From positions 169,569 through 233,568 of the forward strand of contig JBPOHV010000001.1 in NCBI GenBank assembly GCA_052035175.1: a stretch of DNA of 64,000 nt, in the 5' to 3' direction. Both the position numbers and the translations under genes were made by a program. This DNA comes from a candidate division WWE3 bacterium (GTDB lineage Bacteria > Patescibacteriota > WWE3 > UBA101185 > UBA10185). Of the stretch, positions 28,747 to 38,611 are shown in pieces. Each line of letters opens with the position of its first letter. Positions within the stretch are counted from its first letter, which is position 1. The notes below the pieces were generated by a model that was not told the origin of the DNA, ran no database searches, and worked only from the letters and a program-made list of their open reading frames with translations.

Positions 28747-29235
28747 CTATTGAATTACTTCAACTTGCCCTTTCATCCATGGATGAGGTGAACAATGGTA
28801 AGGGTTATTGGAAGAGTTAAGAAATGTAAAAGAATAACTTTCTCCTTTTGCCAAAAGCGGTCCTTCAAACTTACTGGGATCGTCTCCCAGTTTTGCATCA
28901 TGAGGTTTGTCCGAGTCTTCATGATCAAGCATGACGTTATGTTTCATATCATCTTCGTTCGTCCAAGTGACTGTAGTTCCAGCTTGAATTCTTATTTTTT
29001 TGGGAACGTATTCAAAGTTCTTAATTACCACTTTTACTTCTTTTGATGCAGTGAAATCTACCATATCATTGCTTTGAGCTTGAGTTGGAGTAGTAAGAAC
29101 CTCATCATTTATATGTGTTGAAGTAGGTATAATAGAAGTTGTATAGTAGTTCTTGTTTATATTATAACCTAATAACATTACACCAATCCCAAGAAACACT
29201 AGAATTACAAGTCCAATAAGAAGTGGCTTTTTCAT
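28747..29235 (-). CDS. secreted cupredoxin (plastocyanin/azurin-like blue copper protein)
   Basis: Signal anchor. Type-1 copper ligand pattern: H ('HNVM'), then C-terminal 'YHCSPHPWM' (C-x2-H-x2-M). Confidence 0.6.
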   Translation of the reverse strand: MKKPLLIGLVILVFLGIGVMLLGYNINKNYYTTSIIPTSTHINDEVLTTPTQAQSNDMVDFTASKEVKVVIKNFEYVPKKIRIQAGTTVTWTNEDDMKHNVMLDHEDSDKPHDAKLGDDPSKFEGPLLAKGESYSFTFLNSSNNPYHCSPHPWMKGQVEVIQ

Positions 29236-29308
29236 TTTTGTAGTTTAACAAAAAATTAGTTTGAAAACAAAAAATTTAATATATTTAGTTCCTAACCAAT
29301 ATTTACAC

Positions 29309-29773
29309 CTAAGTGAAATTTTCCAAATATTTTTTTATATTCTCACCTTCGTCTTGAATATGTTTCTTGGCAACGTCGGTCTTCACAAAGAACTGAAAAA
29401 TTTTATCTATTAAGCCCGCCCGATTGCCATACTCAACGTACGCAGTCAGTTTGGATGTATTTTTTGAAACACTTTCTATAGAAAAATATCCCATCCCAAA
29501 GTTGAATAAAGAGAAAGGAAACGCTGGTTCATATTCAATATACTCATTCTTTTTTATTTTTGTGACTTTAAGGATTAAATAAAGAGGAAAACCACCGATT
29601 TTCTCCAAAAAGTGGAAAACACACCCACGCTGATTCAAATCTTGAAAGATCACTTTACAAAAAACATGATCTTTAGGATGCCAGGTTTTGTAAAGAGTAT
29701 CTATACGAGTAAGAAAGTTAAAAACGCTTTGAGTATTGGCATTAATAATTGTTTCTTGTTTGATGATTATCAT
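29309..29773 (-). CDS. hypothetical protein
   Basis: 154-aa ORF, no motif. Confidence 0.3.
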   Translation of the reverse strand: MIIIKQETIINANTQSVFNFLTRIDTLYKTWHPKDHVFCKVIFQDLNQRGCVFHFLEKIGGFPLYLILKVTKIKKNEYIEYEPAFPFSLFNFGMGYFSIESVSKNTSKLTAYVEYGNRAGLIDKIFQFFVKTDVAKKHIQDEGENIKKYLENFT

Positions 29774-31683
29774 GTGCTTATGTTATTTTTATCAGTACCA
29801 AAATGAAATAACCTCAGACTATTAGCCACTACAACTACAGTCATCCCTACATCTGCAAATATTGCCAGTGCAATGTTACCCATTCCAGAAAGAGCAAGTA
29901 TAAGAAATATTATTTTAACTCCAACTGAAGCCACAATATTTACTCTGATAGTCCGAACAGAAGCTCTACCAAGTTTAACTAGAAAAGGAATAAGCTGTAG
30001 ATTGTTATTCATAAGTGCTATATCAGCATTTTCAACAGCCACTTCTGAACCTATGGCACCCATAGCAATACCCACCGATGCAATAGTTAGTGCTGGAGCA
30101 TCATTGACACCATCACCAACCATAGCAACATGTGTATATTTCTTAAGCAAGTTTGACAGCTGAACCACTTTGTCATCAGGAAGAAGATTAGCGTGAATTT
30201 CATCAACTCCAACTTCTTGAGCAACATAATTAGCTGCAGAGACATTATCACCAGTAAGCATTGCCGTTTTTACTTTTAATTGATGTAGAATTTTAATGGT
30301 GGTCGCGCTTTCTGGACGAATTGTATCAACAACTCCAATAACACCCTTAATTTTCTTCTCATCGCAAACGACAATAGCTGTCTTACCTTCTTTTTCAAAT
30401 CCCTCAACGATTTCGACTACACGCTTATCCACATCGTGTTCCTCCATAACAAACCGTAAGGTGCCTATGCAGTGGTGTCTGTCGACACAGACCAGACACT
30501 CACCACTGATACCTTTACCCATGGTAGCTTTGAAGTTTGTGTACTTGTGCATTTCCCCCGCAATTTTATGAGCACTTTCAACGATGCTTTTGGCAATTGG
30601 ATGTTCAGAAAACGCTTCAGCACCTGCCATACAAATAAGAAGCTCTTCTTTAGAAACACCGTTGAGTGGTATAACATCAGAAACTGTTGGTTCGCCTTTG
30701 GTTAAAGTTCGCGTTTTATCAAAAGCAATGGCTTTGATCCTACCAATTTCTTCTAAAAACTGCCCACCTTTAATGAGAATTCCACGTCTAGTGGCATTGC
30801 CAATAGCGGAAAAGATGGTAATAGGAGTGGAAATGACAAGTGCACAAGGACAAGCAATAAGAAGAAGAGTTAAGCTCTGGGTAAACCAGAATGTAAACGG
30901 TTGACCAAAGATAACCACTGGCACTACGGTAAGGAAGATAGCAAATGCAAACATGGTTGGCGTGTAGTAGGAAGAAAATTTTTCTATGAATTTAGCGGCC
31001 TGAGATTTACGTTCCGCAGCCTGGAAGGTTAGATCGACAATCTTCGCAAGTGTTGTGTCTTTAGAAACTTTAGTTACTTTTATTTCTAAATACCCCTGGC
31101 TATTGAGAGTTCCGGCAAATACCAGTTCACCTGTATATTTATTTTTCGGAAGTGGCTCCCCGGTGATGGTGCTTTCATCAACCAGCGACTCCCCGTTAAC
31201 AACTATGCCATCTAGAGGAATGTAATCCCCAGGTTTAACCATTACAATATCTCCGATAGTGATCTGTTCGATTGAAATTTTCTCTTTCTGTCCCTTAACC
31301 AGTGCTGTTTTGGGGGTCTTTTCAACCAATTCTTCAAGAGCGTTTTGGCTTTTGGTAATACCAAATTCCTCAAGTGCTTCACTTACTGCAAAAAGAACGA
31401 TGACAATGACTGCTTCTTCTAATTCACCTAAGTACAATGCACCAAAAGTAGCAACAGTCATCAATAAATTGATGTTAGAAAAGTGCAAATTTACAAAACT
31501 CTTAAACCCATTAATGATTACATTTCTACCAAAGAAAAAAATAATAGCACCGAAAACAGGTATCTCAATAAATTGAGGTAAATGAATTGAGAATAGAGAC
31601 AAAATCTCAAAAGGAATAACAAGAAGTAACGTTAGCGCCAATCTTTTAAATTTATTGTCTTTTAGTAAATCATAAACAAGCAT
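29770..31683 (-). CDS. P1B-type heavy-metal translocating ATPase (ZntA/CadA-like, no N-terminal metal-binding domain)
   Basis: TM6 'CPC'. TM7 Lys and TM8 'ADVGMT' (Asp-x-Gly), the Zn/Cd/Pb subgroup pattern. 'MLTGDN' and 'GDGVNDAPAL' motifs. Phosphorylation motif reads 'DKTRTLT' instead of DKTGT. Confidence 0.7.
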   Translation of the reverse strand: MLVYDLLKDNKFKRLALTLLLVIPFEILSLFSIHLPQFIEIPVFGAIIFFFGRNVIINGFKSFVNLHFSNINLLMTVATFGALYLGELEEAVIVIVLFAVSEALEEFGITKSQNALEELVEKTPKTALVKGQKEKISIEQITIGDIVMVKPGDYIPLDGIVVNGESLVDESTITGEPLPKNKYTGELVFAGTLNSQGYLEIKVTKVSKDTTLAKIVDLTFQAAERKSQAAKFIEKFSSYYTPTMFAFAIFLTVVPVVIFGQPFTFWFTQSLTLLLIACPCALVISTPITIFSAIGNATRRGILIKGGQFLEEIGRIKAIAFDKTRTLTKGEPTVSDVIPLNGVSKEELLICMAGAEAFSEHPIAKSIVESAHKIAGEMHKYTNFKATMGKGISGECLVCVDRHHCIGTLRFVMEEHDVDKRVVEIVEGFEKEGKTAIVVCDEKKIKGVIGVVDTIRPESATTIKILHQLKVKTAMLTGDNVSAANYVAQEVGVDEIHANLLPDDKVVQLSNLLKKYTHVAMVGDGVNDAPALTIASVGIAMGAIGSEVAVENADIALMNNNLQLIPFLVKLGRASVRTIRVNIVASVGVKIIFLILALSGMGNIALAIFADVGMTVVVVANSLRLFHFGTDKNNIST

Positions 31684-31707
31684 AGGTCCATTTTACACAG
31701 ATATTAA

Positions 31708-32352
31708 TCAATAATTTACATAATAATTAATTTTTGCATCAGCTTTGAGAGAAGCAATCCATGATGGAGCTTCCTGACTTAGTTTTTGGCTTTTTAGCTG
31801 TTGTGCTATTTGGTTTTTTATTTCAGTTTCCTTACCATCTACCAATTCAACCTTATTGTCCTGGATGTATTTGTTTATCTCCTCATCTGTTACTTGGATT
31901 TTATCCGCAAGAACTTTCTCAATTTTCTTTTGAACTAATAAATGCTTTTTCAAAGCTTCTTTAGTCATTCCTTGTTGGAGTAGTGCAGCATCAAGCGTGC
32001 TTCCCTGCTGGATAATTGATACTTCAATGTTTTTTATTTCCAGATCAATTTCATCACTGGTTACAGTGATACCTTTCTTCTTAGCTTCGTTGTCAATTAA
32101 CTTCTCGGTAATAAGGGCATCTAAGGTGTTTTTACCACCTTGCTTTTCCAATTCTTGAATAACACTTAATCTTGTTACCGGGCGCCCGTTTACCATAGCT
32201 GCGACAAAAGCACCTTTAAAATAAAACAACGATCCAAAAACAATCCCAATAAGTACAATGGATAAAAGTAATTTTCTACTTTTCAATAGCCTGAATTTTT
32301 CTGCTTTTGGCTGCTCAAAATTAGCTTCTGACTTAGTTATTTTTTCATTCAT
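31708..32352 (-). CDS. SurA N-terminal-domain-like membrane-anchored chaperone
   Basis: N-terminal TM anchor, then a helical domain resembling the SurA/PrsA N-terminal chaperone domain. Confidence 0.4.
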   Translation of the reverse strand: MNEKITKSEANFEQPKAEKFRLLKSRKLLLSIVLIGIVFGSLFYFKGAFVAAMVNGRPVTRLSVIQELEKQGGKNTLDALITEKLIDNEAKKKGITVTSDEIDLEIKNIEVSIIQQGSTLDAALLQQGMTKEALKKHLLVQKKIEKVLADKIQVTDEEINKYIQDNKVELVDGKETEIKNQIAQQLKSQKLSQEAPSWIASLKADAKINYYVNY

Positions 32353-32455
32353 ACGTTTCCTCTATTAAATTTTTATACCTTAAAATCTCCCATACACAAA
32401 TTTTCTAACTTCTACTATACCGATGCGTATTTGACCACTCACTTTCTAATGATAG

Positions 32456-32935
32456 CTATTCTACAATTAGCTTTCCTTCCATTTCTTTATGCCCTTGACC
32501 ACAGAAAAGACTACAATAAAATCTAAACGTACCCTTTTTAGTTGCAGTAAATTCAACAACTGTTGTGCCAACAGGAAGGTCCTTTTTGATACCTAATTCG
32601 TCGATTGCAAACCCATGGGGCACATCAAGATTGTTGACGGTAAGCTTAATATTATCTCCTTCCGAAACTGTAATAGTTGCTGGAGAAAAATCAAACTTTT
32701 TGGCAGTCATTGTAAATTCTTTGACACCATTTGTTACTGGGGTATTTGTAGCATCTGGCTGAATTGTAACTGATGGACTTTGAGTTACAGAGCTTCTAGT
32801 TTGGGAAGTAGCATCTTTATTTCCAAATAATGCATATACACCGACTAGTACAATGCCAATCACTACAACGCCTATAATCATAGGATTCATAGCTTGCTTT
32901 GGTTGATCGTTTTGATTTGTTATATGTTCATCCAT
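32456..32935 (-). CDS. membrane-anchored cupredoxin with CuA-like centre (COX2-like)
   Basis: TM anchor. C-terminal 'H...FYCSLFCGQGHKEM' = C-x3-C-G-x2-H-x2-M CuA-type ligand set. Confidence 0.5.
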   Translation of the reverse strand: MDEHITNQNDQPKQAMNPMIIGVVVIGIVLVGVYALFGNKDATSQTRSSVTQSPSVTIQPDATNTPVTNGVKEFTMTAKKFDFSPATITVSEGDNIKLTVNNLDVPHGFAIDELGIKKDLPVGTTVVEFTATKKGTFRFYCSLFCGQGHKEMEGKLIVE

Positions 32936-32951
32936 ACAATATCACCCCCTT

Positions 32952-34139
32952 TCAACAATCTGTTCCAAGTCCACCAACACAATTTTCAGTTGGTGGTGTT
33001 CCTCGCTCTGGACATTTCTCCGAATACATACACGCTATATCTGTTACCGAGTCGATCTGCTTTTGCATCGTTGCTTGATCTTCTGAACCATATGAAATAA
33101 CGATTCTATCAAGGTCAGTAAATTCATACTCACCCAACTTATCGTTTAGTTTGCCATTCACGTATAATTTCAACGTATTTTTTTCATCACTGCAATACTG
33201 CTTTTTATCATCAGTCACAAAACAATTCTTGTCAAAGCCAATGCCAATAGTTTTGAAGAAATACCCAAGCGTTACACCCTGGCGATGCTTGTGCGTAACG
33301 TCTCCATTACCATCATGCAAATGAGCATAAGGGTCTAGAGGTGCTTCCTTTGAATCTTGATATTTGGCCGAGGTGAAATCAAAAGCTTTTCCATTAAGAT
33401 ATACCTTAAAATCAGCATGCTCATGAACCTTGTCCCCAAGTACTGGTTCACCAAGTTTCGGAGCTTTGAGAATTGCAGCTTTAATGAGAGTCTTAAAATC
33501 GTCAGGAGTCTTTGGATTTTGGATTTTCTCACCGTTTAGGAAAAATGTTGGTGTCCCAGTGTTACCGAGTTTTTCTCCAGATGCCTTGTCTCGCTCAACC
33601 CTATCTTTCACTTCCTTTGAGACCACATCTTTTTTAAATTGTTCAATATTTAATCCAATTTGTTTGGCGAAGCCTTCAAAAATGGCTGGATCAGCTACTG
33701 GTTTCTCACCCCAAGTTTTTTGATTGTCAAACACAATATTGTGCATCTCCCAGTACTTTCCTTGACGGCTTGCGGCTTCTACAGACAAAGCTGCCTGCAT
33801 ACCATTTTTGTGTCCAGGAAGGGGAAAGTATCGATTTACAAACCGAACATCATTTTTGAACTCTTCTGAGAGTTGTTTCATAAGTGGATAGTATGCTCCA
33901 CAGGCTTCACACTCAAAGTCAAGATATTCAATGAGGGTAACTGACGCGTCTTTATTTCCTTTAATATATTCGTCAGCAGCAACCTCTAGTAGTTGCTTTT
34001 TATCATCAGAAAGTACAGCTTGGCCGGTTGGTGCATTACTGCTTGTTAAATTAGACTTGTTGGCAAAGAAAATAATTCCAGCAAATATTGCAATAGTAAT
34101 GCCAACTACACTTAAAATAAATTTCCTATCACTTGTCAT
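32952..34139 (-). CDS. DsbA-like thiol-disulfide oxidoreductase with Cys-rich C-terminal extension
   Basis: TM anchor. 'FECEACGAYYP' CxxC in a thioredoxin-fold context. Extra C-terminal ~150 aa with five Cys. Confidence 0.5.
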   Translation of the reverse strand: MTSDRKFILSVVGITIAIFAGIIFFANKSNLTSSNAPTGQAVLSDDKKQLLEVAADEYIKGNKDASVTLIEYLDFECEACGAYYPLMKQLSEEFKNDVRFVNRYFPLPGHKNGMQAALSVEAASRQGKYWEMHNIVFDNQKTWGEKPVADPAIFEGFAKQIGLNIEQFKKDVVSKEVKDRVERDKASGEKLGNTGTPTFFLNGEKIQNPKTPDDFKTLIKAAILKAPKLGEPVLGDKVHEHADFKVYLNGKAFDFTSAKYQDSKEAPLDPYAHLHDGNGDVTHKHRQGVTLGYFFKTIGIGFDKNCFVTDDKKQYCSDEKNTLKLYVNGKLNDKLGEYEFTDLDRIVISYGSEDQATMQKQIDSVTDIACMYSEKCPERGTPPTENCVGGLGTDC

Positions 34140-36451
34140 ATTTTCTTTCCTTTCAGGCGCAGTGAATTAGTTACAACAGATACACTACTAAGACCCATGG
34201 CAGCTCCAGCAATTGCAGGATTTAGAAGTATACCAAAAAATGGATATAAAACGCCCGCAGCAATAGGAATGCCGATGATGTTATAGAAAAATGCCCAGAA
34301 AAGATTTTGTTTGATAATATTCATTGTGGCTCGTGCCAACTTAATGGCTTTAGGAAGTTTAGAAATGTACCCACCTAAGAGTGTGATTCCCGCCGATTCA
34401 ATCGCCACATCGGTTCCAGTTCCCATTGCAATGCCTACATCAGCTGTGGCTAACGCTGGTGCATCATTGATGCCATCACCAACCATTGCGACTTTGTATC
34501 CTTCTTTCTGCAGCTTCTTGATTTCACCGGCTTTGTCGCCAGGTAATATTTCTGCAATCACTCGATCAATACCTACAAGCTTTGCGATATACTGCGCCGT
34601 ACGTTGGTTGTCTCCAGTGAGCATGGCAACTTTAATACCCTGTATATGAAGCTCTGCCACTGTTTCCTTAGCGTCATCTTTAATTGTGTCGGCAATACCA
34701 ATGTAGGCAATAACGTGCTTTTTAGTCATAAAAACGACGGGAGTCTTGCCTTGTGACGCAAAATTGTTAATTACTTCTTCGTCCACTTGTATTTTGAGAT
34801 TGGTAGTTAGTTTAAGATTACCAGCATAATATTCTGTAGCATCTATAGTTCCTTTGAGCCCTTTTCCTTCAATGGCTTCAAAATCCATCACTTTGTGAAA
34901 GCTAAGCTTTTCTTGCTTTGCTTTTTCAACGACTGCTTGAGCAAGAGGGTGCTCCGAATGACTCTCTAAGGACGCGAGGAGTTGTAAAATTTCTTTCTCA
35001 GAATAAGAGCTAGTTGTTTGAACATCGGTCACTTCCGGTGTACCTTTGGTAATTGTGCCAGTCTTATCCATTACTACAAAGTTAATTCCATCAAACTTCT
35101 CTAAACTCTCGGCATTTTTAATTAAGATTCCATTTTCTGCAGCTTTACCCACACCAACAATAATGGCGGTGGGAGTTGCCAGTCCCATGGCACATGGACA
35201 GGCAATCACCAGAATTCCAACAAAGCTCAAGATTCCCAAGGTGAGGGCTTGGGAGAATGGCATAAACTGACTGCCAACCACTAGCCACAGCACAAGGGTG
35301 AAAATCGCTAGAACGAGTACAACTGGAACAAAAATTGCTGATATTTGATCAGCCATACGTTCAATTGGCGCTTTTGAACCTTGGGCTTCCTCAACCATTT
35401 TGATGATTTGGGAAAGCATGGTATCACTTCCAATCTTTGTAACTTGAATTCTCAAAGAGCCCTGTTTATTGATAGTTGCACCGATAACAATATCTTCTGG
35501 TCCTTTGTCCACCGGAATTGATTCTCCAGTGATCATTGACTCGTCAACTGAAGATTTACCTTCAAGAATGATTCCATCAAGAGGGATCTTTTGGCCAGGT
35601 TTCACAATCACAATATCACCAACCACTACTTGCTCAATTGGTATTTCGACCTCTTTACCATTACGAATGACAAGAGCATTCTTAGCCTGCAATCCCAAAA
35701 GCTTTTCTATGGCCTCCCCAGTTTTAAGTTTGGAGCGAGCTTCTAGGAATTTTCCTAGAGTGATAAATCCGATAACAACAATCGTGACATCGTAATAAGT
35801 TTGTTGGGTATTTACATAAGGAGCGAGAACTTTATCAAATGCTGTCACAACGAAGCTATAAAGGAAAGCAACTGAGGTACCAATCCCCACTAGGGTGTCC
35901 ATGTTGGCAACTCGGTGTTTGAAGAAGCGAACCATTCCTTGCAAATACGGAACGCCTATAACGAATAATGTATATGTTGCAAAGAGGGGAAGTAGGTGGT
36001 GAAAAAATTCCATAATAGCCTCTGGCATATGAGGCAAAAGCATAAGAGGATCTGCCCCAATTTCCCAAGTCATTACAAAGATACTTAGTGCTACCATAGG
36101 TAAGACAATCTGAACGTGACGTTGTAGCTTAGCAAGGTCTTTCAGTTTTTGGGCTTTAATTGAGGCGTCAGATGAAATTGGAGTCATCATGTCATGACCC
36201 GCGTGCATGGAGCGATCCATTCCCATCGGCATGTCCATTTGGCTATCCACGAGAGAATAGCCTAACTTAGCAATTTCCTCATTCATCTGAGGAACATCTA
36301 CTTTTTGAGGATCAAATGAAACTGAAGCCTTTTCAGTACCATAGTTAACGGAGCATGACTCAACTCCATCAATTTTCTCAAGTTTTCTTTTAATAATTGA
36401 TGCGCATGAAGCGCAGTGCATTCCTTTGACAGGAAATGATTTGCTTTCCAT
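34136..36451 (-). CDS. copA: copper-translocating P1B-1 ATPase CopA
   Basis: N-terminal HMA 'GMHCASCA'. Met/His-rich stretch. 'CPC', 'DKTGTIT', 'GDGINDAP', TM7 'YN', TM8 'MGLSS'. Confidence 0.85.
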   Translation of the reverse strand: MESKSFPVKGMHCASCASIIKRKLEKIDGVESCSVNYGTEKASVSFDPQKVDVPQMNEEIAKLGYSLVDSQMDMPMGMDRSMHAGHDMMTPISSDASIKAQKLKDLAKLQRHVQIVLPMVALSIFVMTWEIGADPLMLLPHMPEAIMEFFHHLLPLFATYTLFVIGVPYLQGMVRFFKHRVANMDTLVGIGTSVAFLYSFVVTAFDKVLAPYVNTQQTYYDVTIVVIGFITLGKFLEARSKLKTGEAIEKLLGLQAKNALVIRNGKEVEIPIEQVVVGDIVIVKPGQKIPLDGIILEGKSSVDESMITGESIPVDKGPEDIVIGATINKQGSLRIQVTKIGSDTMLSQIIKMVEEAQGSKAPIERMADQISAIFVPVVLVLAIFTLVLWLVVGSQFMPFSQALTLGILSFVGILVIACPCAMGLATPTAIIVGVGKAAENGILIKNAESLEKFDGINFVVMDKTGTITKGTPEVTDVQTTSSYSEKEILQLLASLESHSEHPLAQAVVEKAKQEKLSFHKVMDFEAIEGKGLKGTIDATEYYAGNLKLTTNLKIQVDEEVINNFASQGKTPVVFMTKKHVIAYIGIADTIKDDAKETVAELHIQGIKVAMLTGDNQRTAQYIAKLVGIDRVIAEILPGDKAGEIKKLQKEGYKVAMVGDGINDAPALATADVGIAMGTGTDVAIESAGITLLGGYISKLPKAIKLARATMNIIKQNLFWAFFYNIIGIPIAAGVLYPFFGILLNPAIAGAAMGLSSVSVVTNSLRLKGKKI

Positions 36452-36479
36452 AATTACTTTCTTTCATATCCAGCAGAAC

Positions 36480-36701
36480 TTATATCTGCTCAGCAATAAC
36501 AGTTTCATAACCAAGCTTTGTGATAACGGCAATAATCTGTTCATGTTTTATTTTATCTGGGTCGTAGGTAACCACTGAAATTTGTTTGGCATAATGTGTC
36601 TTTGCTTCCTTCACTCCTGCTAAATCTTCAAGATCAAAATCAATGTTGATCGCACAACTCGTGCAGTGCATGCCGACAATTTTTAGCGTTATTGTTTTCA
36701 T
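36480..36701 (-). CDS. copZ: copper chaperone CopZ (HMA domain)
   Basis: 73 aa with 'GMHCTSCA' MxCxxC motif and ferredoxin-like length. Confidence 0.8.
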   Translation of the reverse strand: MKTITLKIVGMHCTSCAINIDFDLEDLAGVKEAKTHYAKQISVVTYDPDKIKHEQIIAVITKLGYETVIAEQI

Positions 36702-37753
36702 ATATTTGAGTTGGGAACAACATTTATTTCACCTCTAAACATTCCCATGCTGCACATAAAAGCAAGCGGACCTGGCTCTGCTGGTGTTGTAAACTCAAGC
36801 GTATCTGATTGGCCAATAGGAACAATACGTTGTAGTCCCAATTTTGGAACGGTGAGTGCTTGTGTACACCCACCTCCACCTTGGTTCACGATATTAAATT
36901 TTACCTTCGATCCGGCTCTAACATTGACAACTGCTGGCTCTGTACGATAGCCGTTTTGAGTTATAAAGATCGTTGCTTCCTTTACTGTGTTTGAAGCGGT
37001 CGCAGTAGCTGCAACTCGATTGCTATCACAAAAACTGATAGTACAATTAATATTAGTTATTACATTCTCAAAGGTGAAAGCACTGCCACTCAGTGCTAAA
37101 GCTCCATTAAAGTTATATGCGGCAATCAATATAATTGCTCCGGCTGCAACTTTGTTAAACGTTCCACTTAGTGAATTTCCTAGTTTTCTGGCTGCATAGC
37201 CAAAGAGGAAAAACAACGGTGAGGTTCCTAGTATAAAGACAAACATTGTTATTGCTCCAGCAAAAGCAGATCCGGTTGCAATTGCATATGCCATCATCGC
37301 TTGAGTGGCTCCACATGGGATGAGCACAGTCATCGCGCCTAATAATGCTGGACCAAATACCGCCTTGCTTTTTGATTGATTTTTGACCAACCTAGTCAAA
37401 AACCTTGGTGGTTGAATGATGAAATAACGAAAAATTGGATGAACCTGAAGAAGATTTAGAGCAGTACCTATCATAAAGATCACGGCAGCAAATTGCAAAG
37501 CCACACGGGCTGAAAGGGAGAGTTGGAAAACTGTTCCAATACTTCCCAACAAAAAGCCAAGAAGTGTATAGGCAATAAGACGGGTAACCAAAAAGGAGAG
37601 AATCGGTAGAAGATGTCCGAATAGTTTTATTTCTTCTTCCAGTTTGTTTTTTTCTTGCTGGGCAATTGAACTAGCAAGAAGCCCGCCTTGTACTGCCAAG
37701 CATGTTAGTCCTCCTGCAAATAGTCCTGTGACAAAGATTGATGTAATTTCCAT
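36698..37753 (-). CDS. polytopic membrane protein with C-terminal cupredoxin-like Cys/Met domain
   Basis: ~8 TM helices (TauE/DsbD-like permease feel). Soluble C-terminal beta domain with 'GGGGC' and 'FMCSMGMF'. Overlaps copZ by 4 nt. Confidence 0.4.
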   Translation of the reverse strand: MEITSIFVTGLFAGGLTCLAVQGGLLASSIAQQEKNKLEEEIKLFGHLLPILSFLVTRLIAYTLLGFLLGSIGTVFQLSLSARVALQFAAVIFMIGTALNLLQVHPIFRYFIIQPPRFLTRLVKNQSKSKAVFGPALLGAMTVLIPCGATQAMMAYAIATGSAFAGAITMFVFILGTSPLFFLFGYAARKLGNSLSGTFNKVAAGAIILIAAYNFNGALALSGSAFTFENVITNINCTISFCDSNRVAATATASNTVKEATIFITQNGYRTEPAVVNVRAGSKVKFNIVNQGGGGCTQALTVPKLGLQRIVPIGQSDTLEFTTPAEPGPLAFMCSMGMFRGEINVVPNSNI

Positions 37754-37782
37754 ATATTTTCTTTCATTTCATACTAAAAAAA

Positions 37783-38541
37783 TTAACTTTGCAAAGCCTT
37801 CTCGATCATCGGCTTTACTTGTTCAAAAGGTAAAGCACCGTTAATAAATTGTGTAGTGCCTTTCGCATCAATAATTATGGTACCTGGTGTTCCAGTTACG
37901 CCTTCTTCTGTTCCCTTAGCCATTTGATCCTTGACTTTCTGTGCCATTTCTCCCGAGTCTAAACATTGTTTAAAAGGTGCTTCATTTAATCCGAGCTCTT
38001 GGGCAAGAGGAACAAGTTTGTCTAGGGCAAAACCGGTTCCATTGCCACTTGTTCGTGCAAAAATTGCATCCGCGTATTTCCAGAAACTATCATTACCACC
38101 AAGTTTTCCGGCACACTCTGCCGCTTCTGCCTCTTTTTGAGCATTGGCGTGGAAGGAAAGCGGGTAGTGGCGATAAACCCACTTTACTTTATCACCGTAT
38201 TCCTTCATGACTTGCTGCATAGTTGGATGAAACCTAATACAAAATGGGCACTCTAAATCAGAATATTCAACCAGCACTACTTTGGCATTTTTATTACCCT
38301 TATACCAATCTACGTCCGTCACTTCTGGTTTTTTGGTCGCTTGTTTTGGAGCGGGTGGTTGAGCAGCGGCATTTCCTGCAGATGGCGCGTTTCCTTGATT
38401 TACAGCACCTGCTACCACTGCACCTTTTTCTAAATATTTCACTTTAGTTGTCAGAGAACCAATTACAAATGAAGCTCCAATAAGAAGGACAACTAGTATG
38501 GAAGGGAAATTTATAAAACTACGTTTTTTTTCTTCTGACAT
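37783..38541 (-). CDS. membrane-anchored DsbA family thiol-disulfide oxidoreductase
   Basis: TM anchor. Pro/Ala linker. 'LECPFC' CxxC. DsbA-like helical insertion. Confidence 0.65.
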   Translation of the reverse strand: MSEEKKRSFINFPSILVVLLIGASFVIGSLTTKVKYLEKGAVVAGAVNQGNAPSAGNAAAQPPAPKQATKKPEVTDVDWYKGNKNAKVVLVEYSDLECPFCIRFHPTMQQVMKEYGDKVKWVYRHYPLSFHANAQKEAEAAECAGKLGGNDSFWKYADAIFARTSGNGTGFALDKLVPLAQELGLNEAPFKQCLDSGEMAQKVKDQMAKGTEEGVTGTPGTIIIDAKGTTQFINGALPFEQVKPMIEKALQS

Positions 38542-38611
38542 ATTTTATTTCTATAATTTAATAATCTACTACAAACTGTAGTAGAACAAGGAATGATTGT
38601 CAATAAGCTAC

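Noticed and set aside
30296-30904. Several plus-strand ORFs (91-106 aa) inside the P1B ATPase gene
   Set aside because: They are fully embedded antisense to a well-supported ATPase gene. Composition-driven open frames.
34311-35795. Plus-strand ORFs of 74-112 aa inside copA
   Set aside because: Antisense to a high-confidence CopA reading frame. No start context or motifs.
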